A DNA stretch of 64,000 bases, taken from assembly GCA_004431415.1 (NCBI GenBank), contig QPMI01000473.1, positions 1 through 64,000 on the forward strand, in the 5' to 3' direction. The first letter of the stretch is position 1. The number at the start of each line of letters is the position of its first letter. The notes under the pieces were generated by a model. It was given only the letters and a program-made list of their open reading frames with translations. It had not been told where the DNA came from and made no database searches. Below are positions 33,331 through 45,621 of the stretch, piece by piece. A program made the translations under genes and the position numbers. The stretch comes from Cyanophora paradoxa CCMP329. Lineage: Eukaryota > Plantae > Glaucophyta.

Positions 33331-35873
33331 TGCTGCAGCCCAACCCTCCCGGCCCTCCGGCCCCCGCCGACCTTCCCCGGGCGTACCCATCCGCCGCGCC
33401 GCCCCCCAGTCTCCACCGGCGGCACCCTCCCTACCCTCGACTCCCCACCATCCTCTCCCAACCATCCAGCCCTCCCGCGCTCCCCAACTGTGCTTGAGTC
33501 TCCCCCGCCCCGCCCCGAAGGGCCCGCCACCCCCTCCCTCCCGGCGCCCGCTACGCCCAAGAACTCGCCTCTCAGCTCGCCGACCTGGCTCGCAACGAAG
33601 CCTCCGCCACAGCGCGCCGTCTCTTCCGGCCGTCCCACGTTACCCCACTCGAAGCGGCGTCCATCCTAACTGAAGCCGCCCACCGTGAAGCCACCCTGCC
33701 GCAACCACGGTCCGCCAAAACATCCAAAACAGCCGCACAGAAAGAGGCGGCCCGCACCCCGGCTAAGAATCGTATCCCGAACCCAGCCTACACCCCTGAC
33801 AACCGCCACAATGACGCCGTTGACAAGCTCGCTAAAACAGCCCCCGACACCCCCCTCTCCGCCCTTCTTTTCATTCCCCACAGTTTCAAATGCTTCCTCA
33901 TCCGTGTTGGCCTCCCGCCCCCACTATCCCACGGCCCAGTCCCCGGGGCCGAGCCCTACCGAGGCAGACTCCATGCGTACCGCGTCGAGGGGGACCCCCG
34001 CCCTCACTTCCTAGCCGAAGCCTCCCTCTCCCAATAACTTGACTGGCGCCAACTTCGCAACGCGGGGGCCATCCTCAGCAACCCCCATATGCATGTTACC
34101 CTCGCTCCAGCCCTCTCCCTAGTGTCCGACAAGCCACCGGACCGCCGCACCCCCACAGGCGACCACCTCCGCAAAGTCAGATTCCAATGCATGCTTGGAA
34201 GCCTTCCCTCCCTCACCATCCGCCTCCTCCACGACCCCGACCTCTACGGCCCTCTCTTCCCCGACGGCACCGCCCACTGCCCCTTCTGTCACCTCCCTCC
34301 CACCCCTGCTCCCATCCCCGAAGATGCTGCTTCCCTACCCCCCCCCTCCCCGCCCCCTGCCACATGCACCCCCCCGGGCTCCCCCCCGCCCTTTTCCCCA
34401 CCGGCGGCCGCAGACCCCAGACCGCCCGACCCCACAACCCACCCCCCCGAAGACTTCGTCCACATATTTACTTGCCCCGCCGCTCGCCTCCTTCTCCAAG
34501 CCTTCCAGGACGCACTCGTGACCTTCCTCCGCACCCGGGTTCTCCGCCACTCGCCCAAACCACTAGGACACGACGACACCATCTATCAACTCTTCCCCTT
34601 CCTCCGCCTCGTTTCTCCTGACCCCGCCTCTCCCCTCCATTCCGCCCTTCTCTCCCCCACCGCAAATCCGGCTCTCTTCCGCCCCCCCGGCCTCGCCGAT
34701 ACCCTATGGAAAAAACTCAGCCCGGCCCTGGCCGACATGCTTCCCTTCCCCGCCCTCGCTCTCCTGCGCCTCGGTACCCCGGCAGGATTGCCTGCCCTCT
34801 GCACAGCTCTGGGCATCAACAAGACCACCTCATCGTCAATCCAAAAAGACCTAGCGCTGCTCCTCGACCAACACCTCCGTGCGATCTGGAGAGACCGATG
34901 CGCCCGCAACCACGCTTGGGAGCTCCGACACGGCATCAATGACAGAACCAAACGCCGGTACCGCAAACATGCAGACTCCAAACCCTCCAGCTCGCCTCTA
35001 GTACAGCCGCCCAGTCCCCCCCCTCCCTCCCGCCCTCCCCCCACCCCCTCCCTCCACGATACCATCTCCATCACCGACTTCTGCTGCGAATTGGGCTCGG
35101 AAGGCCAACCATGGATTCTCTTGGAAAACTTCCGCCAAGCAATTGCGCGACTCCCCGTCGCCCCCTCACCCCAGGCCCCCCCCTCCCCCCAGCTGCCCGA
35201 TGCAGGACCCGCCGCCGGGACGTCTGACTTCTCCTGCACCTGCGGCACTCGGTTCGCCTCTGCATCTGCCCTTCAGGCCCACTCCGACGCCAGACGGGGA
35301 AAATGCCCCGCCCGCCCTGAGATCACCTCCTGCCCTGCCTCCCCACCTGCGATACCCCCAGCACGACAGTCACACGAGAACTCCGACACTGGCATCCTGC
35401 CCGCTTCGCCCGCGGGTTCTACGAACACTACCCAACCTTCCAAACGCCCCGCCCCGGGGCCCCCCCTGGCCCCTCCCCCAAAACGAACACGCCCGTCGCC
35501 TGCCTCACGTAAACGGACAGCCGATACCCCCTCCGCCCCGGCATCCAAATGCCCGCGCCCCGCGACCCCTCCCCCTCCCGCCTCTACACCCGCCCGGCCC
35601 GTACCTACGGCAAAAAGAAAGGCAACCGGCCGCAAGACCCCCAGGCGCACGACCAAAAAAGCGCGAACGGTGCCGATACCCACGGGGCAACCCACAATCA
35701 CGTCCCTCTTTGCACCCGGAGTGTACAAACCACTTACGACACTGCAAGCAGCCAACCCCCCCTCCCCCTCCTCGCTTCAGCTGACCCCCCCGCTCGGGAC
35801 CTCGCAAGACGCTGCCCCTCGGCCCCCTACGGTCTCCCCCCCGACCCCAACCGGCCCTCAAGTGTCAGACCCC

Positions 35874-36017
35874 CCGCTGGCTCCGGCCACCCCTATGGCT
35901 TCGGCCCCCCCAATGGCCTCGGCCCCCCCTTTGGCTTCGGCCACCCCATCGGCTTCGGCCACTCCCCTGGCTTCGGCCAACCCCATGGCTTCGGCCACCC
36001 CCCTGGCCTCGGCCCCC
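35874..36017 (+). repeat. 18-bp coding minisatellite (about 8 units; P[ML]ASA[PTN])
   Basis: Direct reading; also present in copy 2 (~44895-45040). Confidence 0.9.
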
Positions 36018-36778
36018 CCCCCTAACCCGGTCGACCCCTCCCGACCCCTCGCGGCCCGCCTCGTCTCCGCACTCCCAGCTCTCTGCGCCGCCTGCCAATG
36101 CCCACGCTCACTCCACACTGCTGTCCCGGCGCCCCTCCCTGCCTTGCCCCGCATCCGCTGCCCGCCCCAAGCTGCTGCCTCCGCCCACTCCCTCTCCTTC
36201 CTCATATCTTCCTCCTACCACCTTCTTCACCTCGACAAAACGGGACACCGATTAATCGGGGTCCTGGGGCGCAGGTGAGGAGGAGGGAGGAGGCGGAGTG
36301 GGGAGGAGGAGGCGTGGCGGAGCGGCGGCAAGGGAGGGCGGCGGACTGCGAGACATTTCACTTCCAGGGCTCATGAGGGATGGAGGAGTTGATCAAGGGG
36401 TGGGCGCGTGGGTCTGGTTACGGCTATCACCGAAAACCATGGCTCCCCCACTCAGGCGAACCTCCCATATTGAGCGACCCATGGCCGGCACCTAGCTAGC
36501 ACCCTCGGCTAGATAGATGACCGGTCGGAAGGGCACGTCACGTAGAACATTGATACATGTGCCGTGGTGTATCAATGCGACGTCCACTTTTGCAAAAAAA
36601 AAGGCCACTGCGGCCAGTGGACACATGTACACACACGTGCACACACTGAGTGGCCACTGGCCCAGTGGAACTTAGTCTGGACTCTGGACTTGGTCTGGAC
36701 TCTGGAGTCTGGACTCTGGAGTCTGGACTAGTCTGGACCCGGGAGTGGCCCCGCGGGGACGTCGGCCAAGCTGTTCCT

Positions 36779-36779
<1 letters not shown>

Positions 36780-36827
<48 letters not shown>
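36780..36827 (+). repeat. Poly-C tract (~48 nt), preceded by TCTGGAC tandem units (~36675-36740)
   Basis: Direct reading. Confidence 0.9.
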
Positions 36828-36828
<1 letters not shown>

Positions 36829-36959
36829 CGGCCAGCCACTGAAGATTGGAGCAGCGCGCGTTGGCAGCAGCGTTAACGTTACGCTGCGTTGCGGATCGAT
36901 GCATGCGCATAAGTATTCGGAGCCGGCTTCGGCCGGGAGCCCAAGCCGAGCTCAAAAAT

Positions 36960-39900
36960 GCGCGTCTCCGCCCTAAAAAGAACTCGGAATCGAACTAGTA
37001 CTACGAATCGCCGAGTCGATTTCTCTGTACATGCCAGGAGGCCGCGCCGGAGCGCGAGGCCCGGGGTCGCCCCTCGGCCTAGAAGATGCCGCGGGCGGGG
37101 CCCCGGGGCGGCCGGGCGGGGCGGGCCTCCGCCGGGGCCGCGGCCGGGGCCGCCGGCAGCTACTGGCGGGCGCGGGCCCGCGGGGCCGGCGAGGGCGGCG
37201 AGCGCCCCCTTCAGCTCCGCCAGGACGCCTCGAGGGCCGCGATGCGCTCCCCCGCCTGGCCATGGCCCCGAGTCAGAGCGAGCGAGAAAGGGAACGCCCG
37301 AGGAGAGGGGGGGCGGGGCGCGGGCCTTCTCGCTGCGCTCGTGGAGGATCTCGACGTTGCGGGGCAGGTTCTCCGCCGTGTGCGCCACCTGGCGGGCGTC
37401 AGGAGGGGGGCGGGGCGAGGCGGGGAGGGGTAGGGGAAAGGGCGAGGGGAGCGTTCGGCTGACCTCGAGGGGCCCCGGGGGCACGGGGTCGGGCCGCTCC
37501 GACGCCTCGTCGTAGGCGAGGGCCCCCGCGAGCTGCGCGGCCGCCCCCGCCTCCTCCGCCTCCGCCGCGCTGCGCCCGGCCAGCTGCGCCGCGCGGTGCG
37601 CCTCGATCGCCTCGCCCCACGCCGCGCGCGCCGCCGCCTGCGCCGCCGCCTCCTCCCGCTCCAGCTCGCCGGGCGCCCGCTCCCAGAGGGCCCGCGCCGA
37701 GGACCAGAGGGCCGAGAGGCCGAGGGCGAGGAGGAGGGGCGGGAGGAGCAGCGCCCCCGAGACGGCGTTGACGACGGCGGCGGCGAGCGGCGGGGCCGGG
37801 CTCAGCAGCAGCCAGATCAGGTTCAGCGGCGGCACGAGGCGCCGCCCCATCCGGTTGTACCGCAGGATGATCTGATGCAAACCGGCTAAGGCCCCGAAAC
37901 AAGGGGAGCTGAACGGAACCGAACCTTGGCGCGGCCGAAGGCGTAGACGTGCCGGGCGTTCTCGAAGATGGCCGTGAACGAGAAGCTGGGGGGTGCGGGT
38001 TTAAGAAGGGGGCTTGGGCGGGACGAAAGCGGGGGCCCGGGGCCGGGGGGCGAACCTGAAGAGACCCGTGAGGACGTTCAGGAGCAGGATGACCTGCAGG
38101 GTTGAAAAGGGGGGGGGCGGGCGGTAAGGCCTTGCAAGAGCGAAGAGGGGAGCCCCGGCCCCTCATCAACGAAACGCACCGTGATGATCTGGTAGATGGA
38201 GAAGAACGCGGAGCCTGCGCCCTCGGATTAGATTCGAGCCGCCCTGGAGGGGAGCGGGAGGGAGGGAGGGAGGGGTCTGCGGGGCGGACCGACGAAGGGG
38301 ACGCGGGAGCGCATCAGATCGTAGTCGCTCTCGCCCAGCACCGCAAAGTACAGCGAGCCCCTTCGAGGGAGATGAGAGGGGGGGGGGGGGGGACAGAGGG
38401 GAGAGTAGAGGGGACGGGAGCGCACGCGGCCTCGGAGAGCGAGAGGGGCGCCTCGGCGTCCTCCCCGCCGGCCCCGGCCCCGGCGGCGCGGGGCCCGCGG
38501 AAGGAGGCGGAGAAGCCCCAGAGGCCGAAGAGGAAGGAGCCGAAGACGACGAGGGCGACGAGGAGGACGGAGAGCACGTCCCGCGCCATCTGAGGGGGGG
38601 CGAGGGGGGCGATGAGAGAGGAGAGGAGAGGAGAGGGAGGGAGGGGGGCGGGGCGCACGCGGCCGAAGACCACGAGCATGGGGCCTGGCGGACGCGGCGG
38701 AGGAGTGAGTGAGTGGGCGACTCGAAGAGTCAGAGAGGCGGGGGAGGGGCGGGCGGGCGGACCGAGGATGGGGCTGATGTAGCCGAACTCGAGGAGGCGC
38801 AGGCTCGCCGGGATGAACACTGGCGAGGGGAGCTCAGGCGAGGCTCCGACAGCGGGGGGCGCGGGCCGGTGGGCGCGGGGCGGGCGGGCGGGCACCGAGG
38901 GCAAGTATCGGGAGGGCGTAGCCGGCGAGGTAGCCGTACGCCGGCACCGCCTGCGAAGACATGAGACGAAGAGAGCGGGCGGGGCGCGGGGGCGGGCCTC
39001 GGCGACGACTCCGAGGGAGGCGAGGAGGAGGGTGGAGGAGAGGACGGCCAGGTCGATCAAATTGAAGACGTCCCCGAAGTAGTCCCCCGCCCCCCGCTCC
39101 CGCCCCTGGGGGGTACGGCGTCGACGGGGGTGGGGGAGGGAGCCGGAGGGGGGTACGGTACCTCGCGGTACTCGAAGAGGAGCATGCCGAGGGACTGGAG
39201 GGCGAGGAGGACGAGGAGGGGCAGGCGGCCCCGCCCGTGCTCCCCGGCCCAGCTCGACACCGCTGCGCCGCCCGCGCCTCAGGGGGGTACGGCTCGAAGC
39301 GAAAACGAGGGGGGGTACCGAGGGCGACGAGGAGGAGGAAGGCGAGGTAGGCGACGAGGTCCGCGGCGAACTTGCCCCGCCACGAGTTGAGGAGGTGCCC
39401 GGGCGCCTCCCACCAGAGGCCCCCCGAGGCCGGCTTCGGGCTCGGGTTCGGCTCCCCGTCGGGCCCTTTCTCCTTCGGCAGGAGGGCGGCCGGGAGGAGC
39501 GAGGCCGCCTGCGGGCGAGTCAGGGGTGGGGGGAAAGAAAGGGTCGGGGGTACGGGCGCGCCTCGAGCCCGGGAGCGCTCTCCGAGAGGCGGTGGATGTA
39601 CCTCTGCACGACGGGGTGGCCCTGCGATCAGATTAGGTCAGATCAAATTAGGTCAAATCAGATCATATCAGATCGGAGCGCACGAAGAAGCCGTAGAGGT
39701 CGAGGTCGATGGCGATGTCGAGGGCGCTCCCCACGCCCGGCAGCCGCCGCTCCAGCACCTGGGGCGAGGAAGAGTCGGCAGAGAAGGGGGGCGGAGAAGG
39801 GAGGGGGGTACGGGCGCACGTCGACGGAGTCGGCGATGGGGACTTTCTTATCGATCGCGGCGGCGTGCGCCGCCTTCGCCCCCGCCGCGTCCCCCGCCGC

Positions 39901-42000
39901 CTTCCTGTTGTACACCTGCGGGATCATCAGAGAGAAGAGAGAGCGCAAAGTAGAGCGGGCGGCGGGCCTGGGTGGCGAGCCAGGTGTCGAGGGCGTCCCC
40001 CGGGGTCAGCTCCGTGCACTTGCGCAGCCGCTCCTCCAGCATCCACTCGTCCTTCTCCGCCCTGCGCAGAGGGACAGATGGGTGAGGAGCTCGGGGTCGA
40101 TGGGGAGCTCGGGCGGGCGGGGCGCACGCGAGGCGGCCCATGCAGCCGAGCCAGGGGACGACGGCGTTGTTCAGCTTGGCGCGCCGCTGCAGCCGCTCCC
40201 CGAACGTCCGGCCCATCGCGTCCAGGACCTGGTAGACGACCTCGAAGGCCTCGTCCCGGCGCTCCAGGAGGAGCGACGCCTGGTCCGGGTTCGTCTTCGC
40301 CGCCTCCTGCAGGAGCGGTCAGGGCCGGCCGGCTCGGAGTGGCAGCGAGGGGCGGGCGGGCGGGCGGGCCTGGAGGAGGCGGGCGAGGTGGAGGGCGCAG
40401 TTGAGCTTGCCCGAGGGGAACTTGGCGACGAGGGCGGCCGGGTCGCACTCGGGGCCCAGCGCGGCCACCAGCGGCCCGCAGACGGCCCCCACGCGCGCCG
40501 GGGCGAGCAGCACGCGCGGGCACTCGAGGAAGGGCTCGACCAGCGCCCGCTGGCGCCACCGGAGCGCGTGCTCGAGCGCCGAGAGGCCGTCCCCGTCCTC
40601 GCGGTCCCAGGCGGCGCCCAGGTCGAGCAGCAGGCGCGCGGCGGCCGCCTCGCCCGAGGCGCACGCCACGATGAGGGGCGTGCGGCCCTTGCTGTCCAGC
40701 GGCTCCAGCTCCGCCCCCTGCTCCAGCGCCGCCCTGCCGGACTGCTCAGGAGGCAGGCGCGAGGGGCGGCGGGGGCGGGTGAGGCGGGGGAGACGGGGGT
40801 ACCTCATGACGCCGACGTAGCCCATGTCAGCAGCGTTGTGGAGGAGGGTGTACCCCGTGATCTGGACGGGGTGGGGTCTGGGCCCGGGGTCGTCGGAAAG
40901 CAGGGCCGGGAAGGGGTACCGTCCGGTCCTTCTTGACGCTGTTGTAAGTGGCGTCGACGGGGCTCCCGTAGTCGAAGAGCAGCCTGCGGGGCCGTGAGCG
41001 GGGGCCGGGAGGGAGGGGCCCGGGGGCCGGCTCGCTGGCCTGGCGGCGGCCTCGCTGCGGGCGTGGTGGATGGGGAGGCGGCCCGTGTCGGCGACGGGCG
41101 CGGTGACGGAGGCGCCGCGGTCCAGTAGCAGGCGCATGATCGGGACGTAGTCGCGGAACGCCGCCAGGTGCAGCGCCGTTGTCCCTTTGACCTGCGCCCG
41201 CCCGCCCGATCAAGAGACGAAGCCGTGGCGGAGCGAGCGGCCGGGCGGGGCGGGGCGGACGGCGGCGTCGACGCGGGCGCCGCGGTCGAGGAGGAGGCGG
41301 ACGACGGCCTCGCGGCCCGAGTAGGCGGCGCTCCGCAGCGGCGTGCTCCCGTCCCCGCGCGGCGCGTCCACTGGCACGCCCCGCTCCAGCAGCAGCCTGC
41401 CCCGGCCCCGGATCAGATTCAAGCTCGTCGGAAGGGCCGGGGGCGCCGGCCGGGCGCGCCTGACGACGGCCTCGTGGCCGTGGACGGCGGCGGCGTGGAT
41501 GGGCAGCATGCCCTTGTGCGCGTTCCCCGGCACGGGGTCGTCGTCGCACGCCTGCGCCGCGCTCGCGCCGGCCTCGAGCAGCAGCCGCGCCGCCGCCTCC
41601 CTGCCCTGCTTGCACGCCAGCCAGAGCGCCGTCCGCCCCTTCCCGTCCGCCGCGTCCACGCGCTGGCCCCGCTCCAGCATCGCTCTGCGCGGCGCGTCGG
41701 CGGGGCGCGGCGGGGCACGGCGCAGCGCGGCGGGGCCGCCGAGCGCACCGCAGGGCGGGCACGTCGCCCCTCACGGCCGCGTCGAACCAGGGCTGATTCC
41801 CCGTCCACGCCGCCCCGTGCCCGGCGGCCGAAGCAAAGTCCGCCGCCGCCGCGTCCGAAGGGTACGGGGGCGCGAGCAGCGGCACGCGGTCATCTCCGGG
41901 CGAGGCGACGCCTGCGCAAGCGTGGCGCCACGGCCGGTCGGCCCGGGGCGCGCCGGCGGGGGCGGGGGCGGGGGCTTGCAGACCGCTCAGCCGGGTCGGC
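36960..42000 (-). CDS. Ankyrin-repeat TRP-family cation channel (multi-exon; ends approximate)
   Basis: Ankyrin motifs GRTALWLAC, GSTPLRSAA and GRTPLIVAC. TM segments FNLIDL, LRLLEF..ISPILGP and DVLSVLLV; pore LYFAVLGE; S6/TRP region VILLLNVLTGLF..FENA..FGRAK..Y..PPLNLI. Confidence 0.85.
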
Positions 42001-42661
42001 GGCGCGAGCGGGACGAATGTGACGGGCGAAGGGACGGACGCCCCGGGTGGCGTCAGCGGCGTTCCCGGACCCAGGTGCGACCCTGCGGCGCCGGCGCGGC
42101 TCGTCAGATCTAGACCGTGTGGCGAATCGAATCGAATGCTCTCTTGTGCTCTAGGATAGAAATGCGAGCGGCGCCTCGCCCCGGCCGACTAGAACTTCGC
42201 GGCCGATGCCAGCGAGGCACCGTAGGACGGCGGTTAGACGATCTGCGGCGCCACGTCCGCGGGCGGGCTCGTCATTTCGCTGTCAATCGAAGTATTGCAC
42301 TGGCACAGAAGCGCGAGATGCCGTGAGGCCAGTCAGGCCGCTTCCCGCCGACGATCCGAGGCTTCGCGCCATCGCCCTTGCCTGGACCCCGTACGCGCGC
42401 TAGGACGGCTCTAAGCCCCACAGACGCACCGGGACGCGCGGAGCGAGCCAGGCCGGAGTGGCCGGACATCCCTGCAGGCGACGATGAAAGGCTGAGTTAC
42501 GTACCCCCTGTAGCTTCGCGCCTGGTGCGCCACATGTGCAGGCCCACAGTCGCATGGCCAGGAAGCAGCCGCAGCTCCGCAGACAGGTCCAAATATCCGC
42601 GCCACGGAAGGCCGACCACGGGGTCGACGGTATTCACGTACCCCGTACCCCCGTAGCCACG

Positions 42662-45621
42662 TCCCACGTTACCCCACTCGAAGCGGCGTCCATCCTAACT
42701 GAAGCCGCTCACCGTGAAGCCACCCTGCCGCAACCACGGTCCGCCAAAACATCCAAAACAGCCGCACAGAAAGAGGCGGCCCGCACCCCGGCTAAGAATC
42801 GTATCCCGAACCCAGCCTACACCCCTGACAACCGCCACAATGACGCCGTTGACAAGCTTGCTAAAACAGCCCCCGACGCCCCCCTCTCCGCCCTTCTTTT
42901 CATTCCCCACAGTTTCAAATGCTTCCTCATCCGTGTTGGCCTCCCGCCCCCACTATCCCACGGCCCAGTCCCCGGGCCGAGCCTACCGAGGCAGACTCCA
43001 TGCGTACCGCGTCGAGGGGGACCCCCGCCCTCACTTCCTAGCCGAAGCCTCCCTCTCCCAATACCTTGACTGGCGCCAACTTCGCAACGCGGGGGCCATC
43101 CTCAGCAACCCCCATGTTACCCTCGCTCCAGCCCTCTCCCTAGTGTCCGACAAGCCACCGGACCGCCGCACCCCCACAGGCGACCACCTCCGCAAAGTCA
43201 GATTCCAATGCATGCTTGGAAGCCTTCCCTCCCTCACCATCGATATCCGCCTCCTCCACGACTCCGACCTCTACGGCCCTCTCTTCCCCAACGGCACCGC
43301 CCACTGCCCCTTCTGTCACCTCCCTCCCACCCCTGCCCCCATCCCCGAAGATGCTGCTTCCCCACCCCCCCCCTCCCCGCCCCCTGCCACATGCACCCCC
43401 CCGGGCTCCCCTCGCCCTTTCCCCACCGGTGGCCGCAGACCCCAGACCGCCCGACCCCACAACCCACCCCCCGAAGACTTCGTCCACATATTTACTTGCC
43501 CCGCCGCTCGCCTCCTTCTCCAAGCTTTCCAGGACGCACTCGTGACCTTCCTCCGTACCCGGGTTCTCCGCCACTCGCCCAAACCACTAGGACACGACGA
43601 TACCATCTTTCAACTCTTCCCCTTCCTCCGCCTCGTTTCTCCTGACCCCGCCTCTCCCCTCCATTCCGCCCTTCTCTCCCCCACCGCAAATCCGGCTCTC
43701 TTCCGCCCCCCCGGCCTCGCCGATACACTATGGAAAAAACTCAGCCCGGCCCTGGCCGACATGCTTCCCTTCCCCGCCCTCGCTCTCCTGCGCCTCGGTA
43801 CCCCGGCAGGACTGCCTGCCCTCTGCACAGCTCTGGGCATCAACAAGACCACCTCATCGTCAATCCAAAAAGACCTAGCGCTGCTCCTCGACCAACACCT
43901 CCGTGCGATCTGGAGAGACCGCTGCGCCCGCAACCACGCCTGGGAGCTTCGACACGGCATCAATGACAGAACCAAACGTCGGTACCGCAAACATGCAGAC
44001 TCCAAACCCTCCCGCTCGCCTCTAGTGCAGCCGCCCAGTCCCCCCCCCCCCCCCCCCTCCCCCGCCCCCTCCCTCCATGATACCATCTCCATCACCGACT
44101 TCTGCTGCGAATTGGGCTCGGAAGGCCAACCATGGATTCTCTTGGAAAACTTCCGCCAAGCAATTGCACGACTCCCCGTCGCCCCCTCCCCCCAGGCCCC
44201 CCCCTCCCCTCCGCTGCCCGATGCAGGACCGGCCGCCGGGACGTCTGACTTCTCCTGCACCTGCGGCACTCGGTTCGCCTCTGCATCTGCCCTCCAGGCC
44301 CACTCCGACGCCAGACGGGGAAAATGCCCCGCCCGCCCTGAGATCACCTCCTGCCCTGCCTCCCCACCTGCGGTACCCCCAGCACGACAGTCACACGAGA
44401 ACTCCGACACTGGCATCCTGCCCGCTTCGCCCGCGGGTCCTACGAACACTACCCAACCTTCCAAACGCCCCGCTCCGGGGCCCCCCCTGGCCCCTCCCCC
44501 GAAACGAACACGCCCGTCGCCTGCCTCACGTAAACGGACAGCCGATACCCCCTCCGCCCCGGCACCCAAATGCCCGCGCCCCGCGACCCCTCCCCCTCCC
44601 GCCTCTACACCCGCCCCGCCCGTACCTACGGCGAAAAGAAAGGCAACCGGCCGCAAGACTCCCAGGCGCATGACCAAAAAAGCGCGAACGGTGCCGATAC
44701 CCACGGGGCAACCCACAATCACGTCCCTCTTTGCACCCGGAGTGTACAAACCACTTACGACGCTGCAAGCAGCCAACTCCCCCTCCCCCCCCTCGCTTCA
44801 GCTGACCCCCCCGCTCGGGACCTCGCAAGACGCTGCCCCTCGGCCCCCTACGGTCTCCCCCCCGGCCCCAACCGGCCCTCAAGTGTCAGACCCCCCGCTG
44901 GCTCCGGCCACCCCTATGGCTTCGGCCCCCCCAATGGCCTCGGCCCCCCCTTTGGCTTCGGCCACCCCATCGGCTTCGGCCACCCCCCTGGCTTCGGCCA
45001 ACCCCATGGCTTCGGCCACCCCCCTGGCCTCGGCCCCCCCCTCTAACCCGGTCGACCCCTCCCGACCCCTCGCGGCCCGCCTCGTCTCCGCACTCCCAGC
45101 TCTCTGCGTCGCCTGTCAGTGCCCACGCTCTCTCCACTCTGCCGTCCCGGCACCTCTCCCTGCCTTGCCCCGCATCCGCTGCCCGCCCCAAGCTGCTGCC
45201 TCCGCCCACTCCCTCTCCTTCCTCATATCTTCCTCCTACCACCTTCTTCACCTCGACAAAACGGGACACCGATTAATCGGGTCCTGGGGCGCAGGTGAGG
45301 AGGAGGGAGGAGGCGGAGTGGGGAGGAGGAGGCGTGGCGGAGCGGCGGCAAGGGAGGGCGGCGGACTGCGAGACATCTCACTTCCAGGGCTCATGAGGGA
45401 TGGAGGAGTTGATCAAGGGGTGGGCGCGTGGGTCTGGTTACGGCTATCACCGAAAACCATGGCTCCCCCACTCAGGCGAACCTCCCATATTGAGCGACCC
45501 ATGGCCGGCACCTAGCTAGCACCCTCGGCTAGATAGATGACCGGTCGGAAGGGCACGTCACGTAGAACATTGATACATGTGCCGTGGTGTATCAATGCGA
45601 CGTCCACTTTTGCAAAAAAAA
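42662..45621 (+). mobile_element. 5'-truncated non-LTR retrotransposon, copy 2 of the 32711-36602 family
   Basis: Near-identical to 33632-36602. Has its own 17-bp TSD GTACCCCCGTAGCCACG (42645-42661 and 45622-45638) and a poly(A) tail. Confidence 0.93.

Larger units (their letters stand above)
32711..36602 (+). mobile_element. 5'-truncated non-LTR retrotransposon, copy 1 (Ulp1 protease - RNase H-like tail - CCHC - C2H2-like finger - PIP tail)
   Basis: 18-bp TSD GGCCACTGCGGCCAGTGG (32693-32710 and 36603-36620); poly(A). Motifs HNDAVDKLAK (33807-33836), CPFC..EDFVHIFTCP and IWRDRC..WE..GI. Premature TAA at 34035-34037 where copy 2 has TAC. Confidence 0.88.

Noticed and set aside
33940-35050. 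Single-base frameshift differences between LINE copies as programmed frameshifts
   Set aside because: All fall in C, G or T homopolymer runs, consistent with slippage or sequencing error.
36365-36602. HDV-like or hammerhead ribozyme, or Fanzor omega-RNA, in the LINE 3' UTR
   Set aside because: No CUGAUGA/GAAA core, HDV nested pseudoknot or adjacent RuvC ORF could be identified by eye. Kept only as an unclassified structured RNA.
32711-45621. LTR retrotransposon or composite transposon carrying the TRP gene
   Set aside because: Each repeat has its own poly(A) tail and its own different TSD, so they are independent non-LTR insertions.
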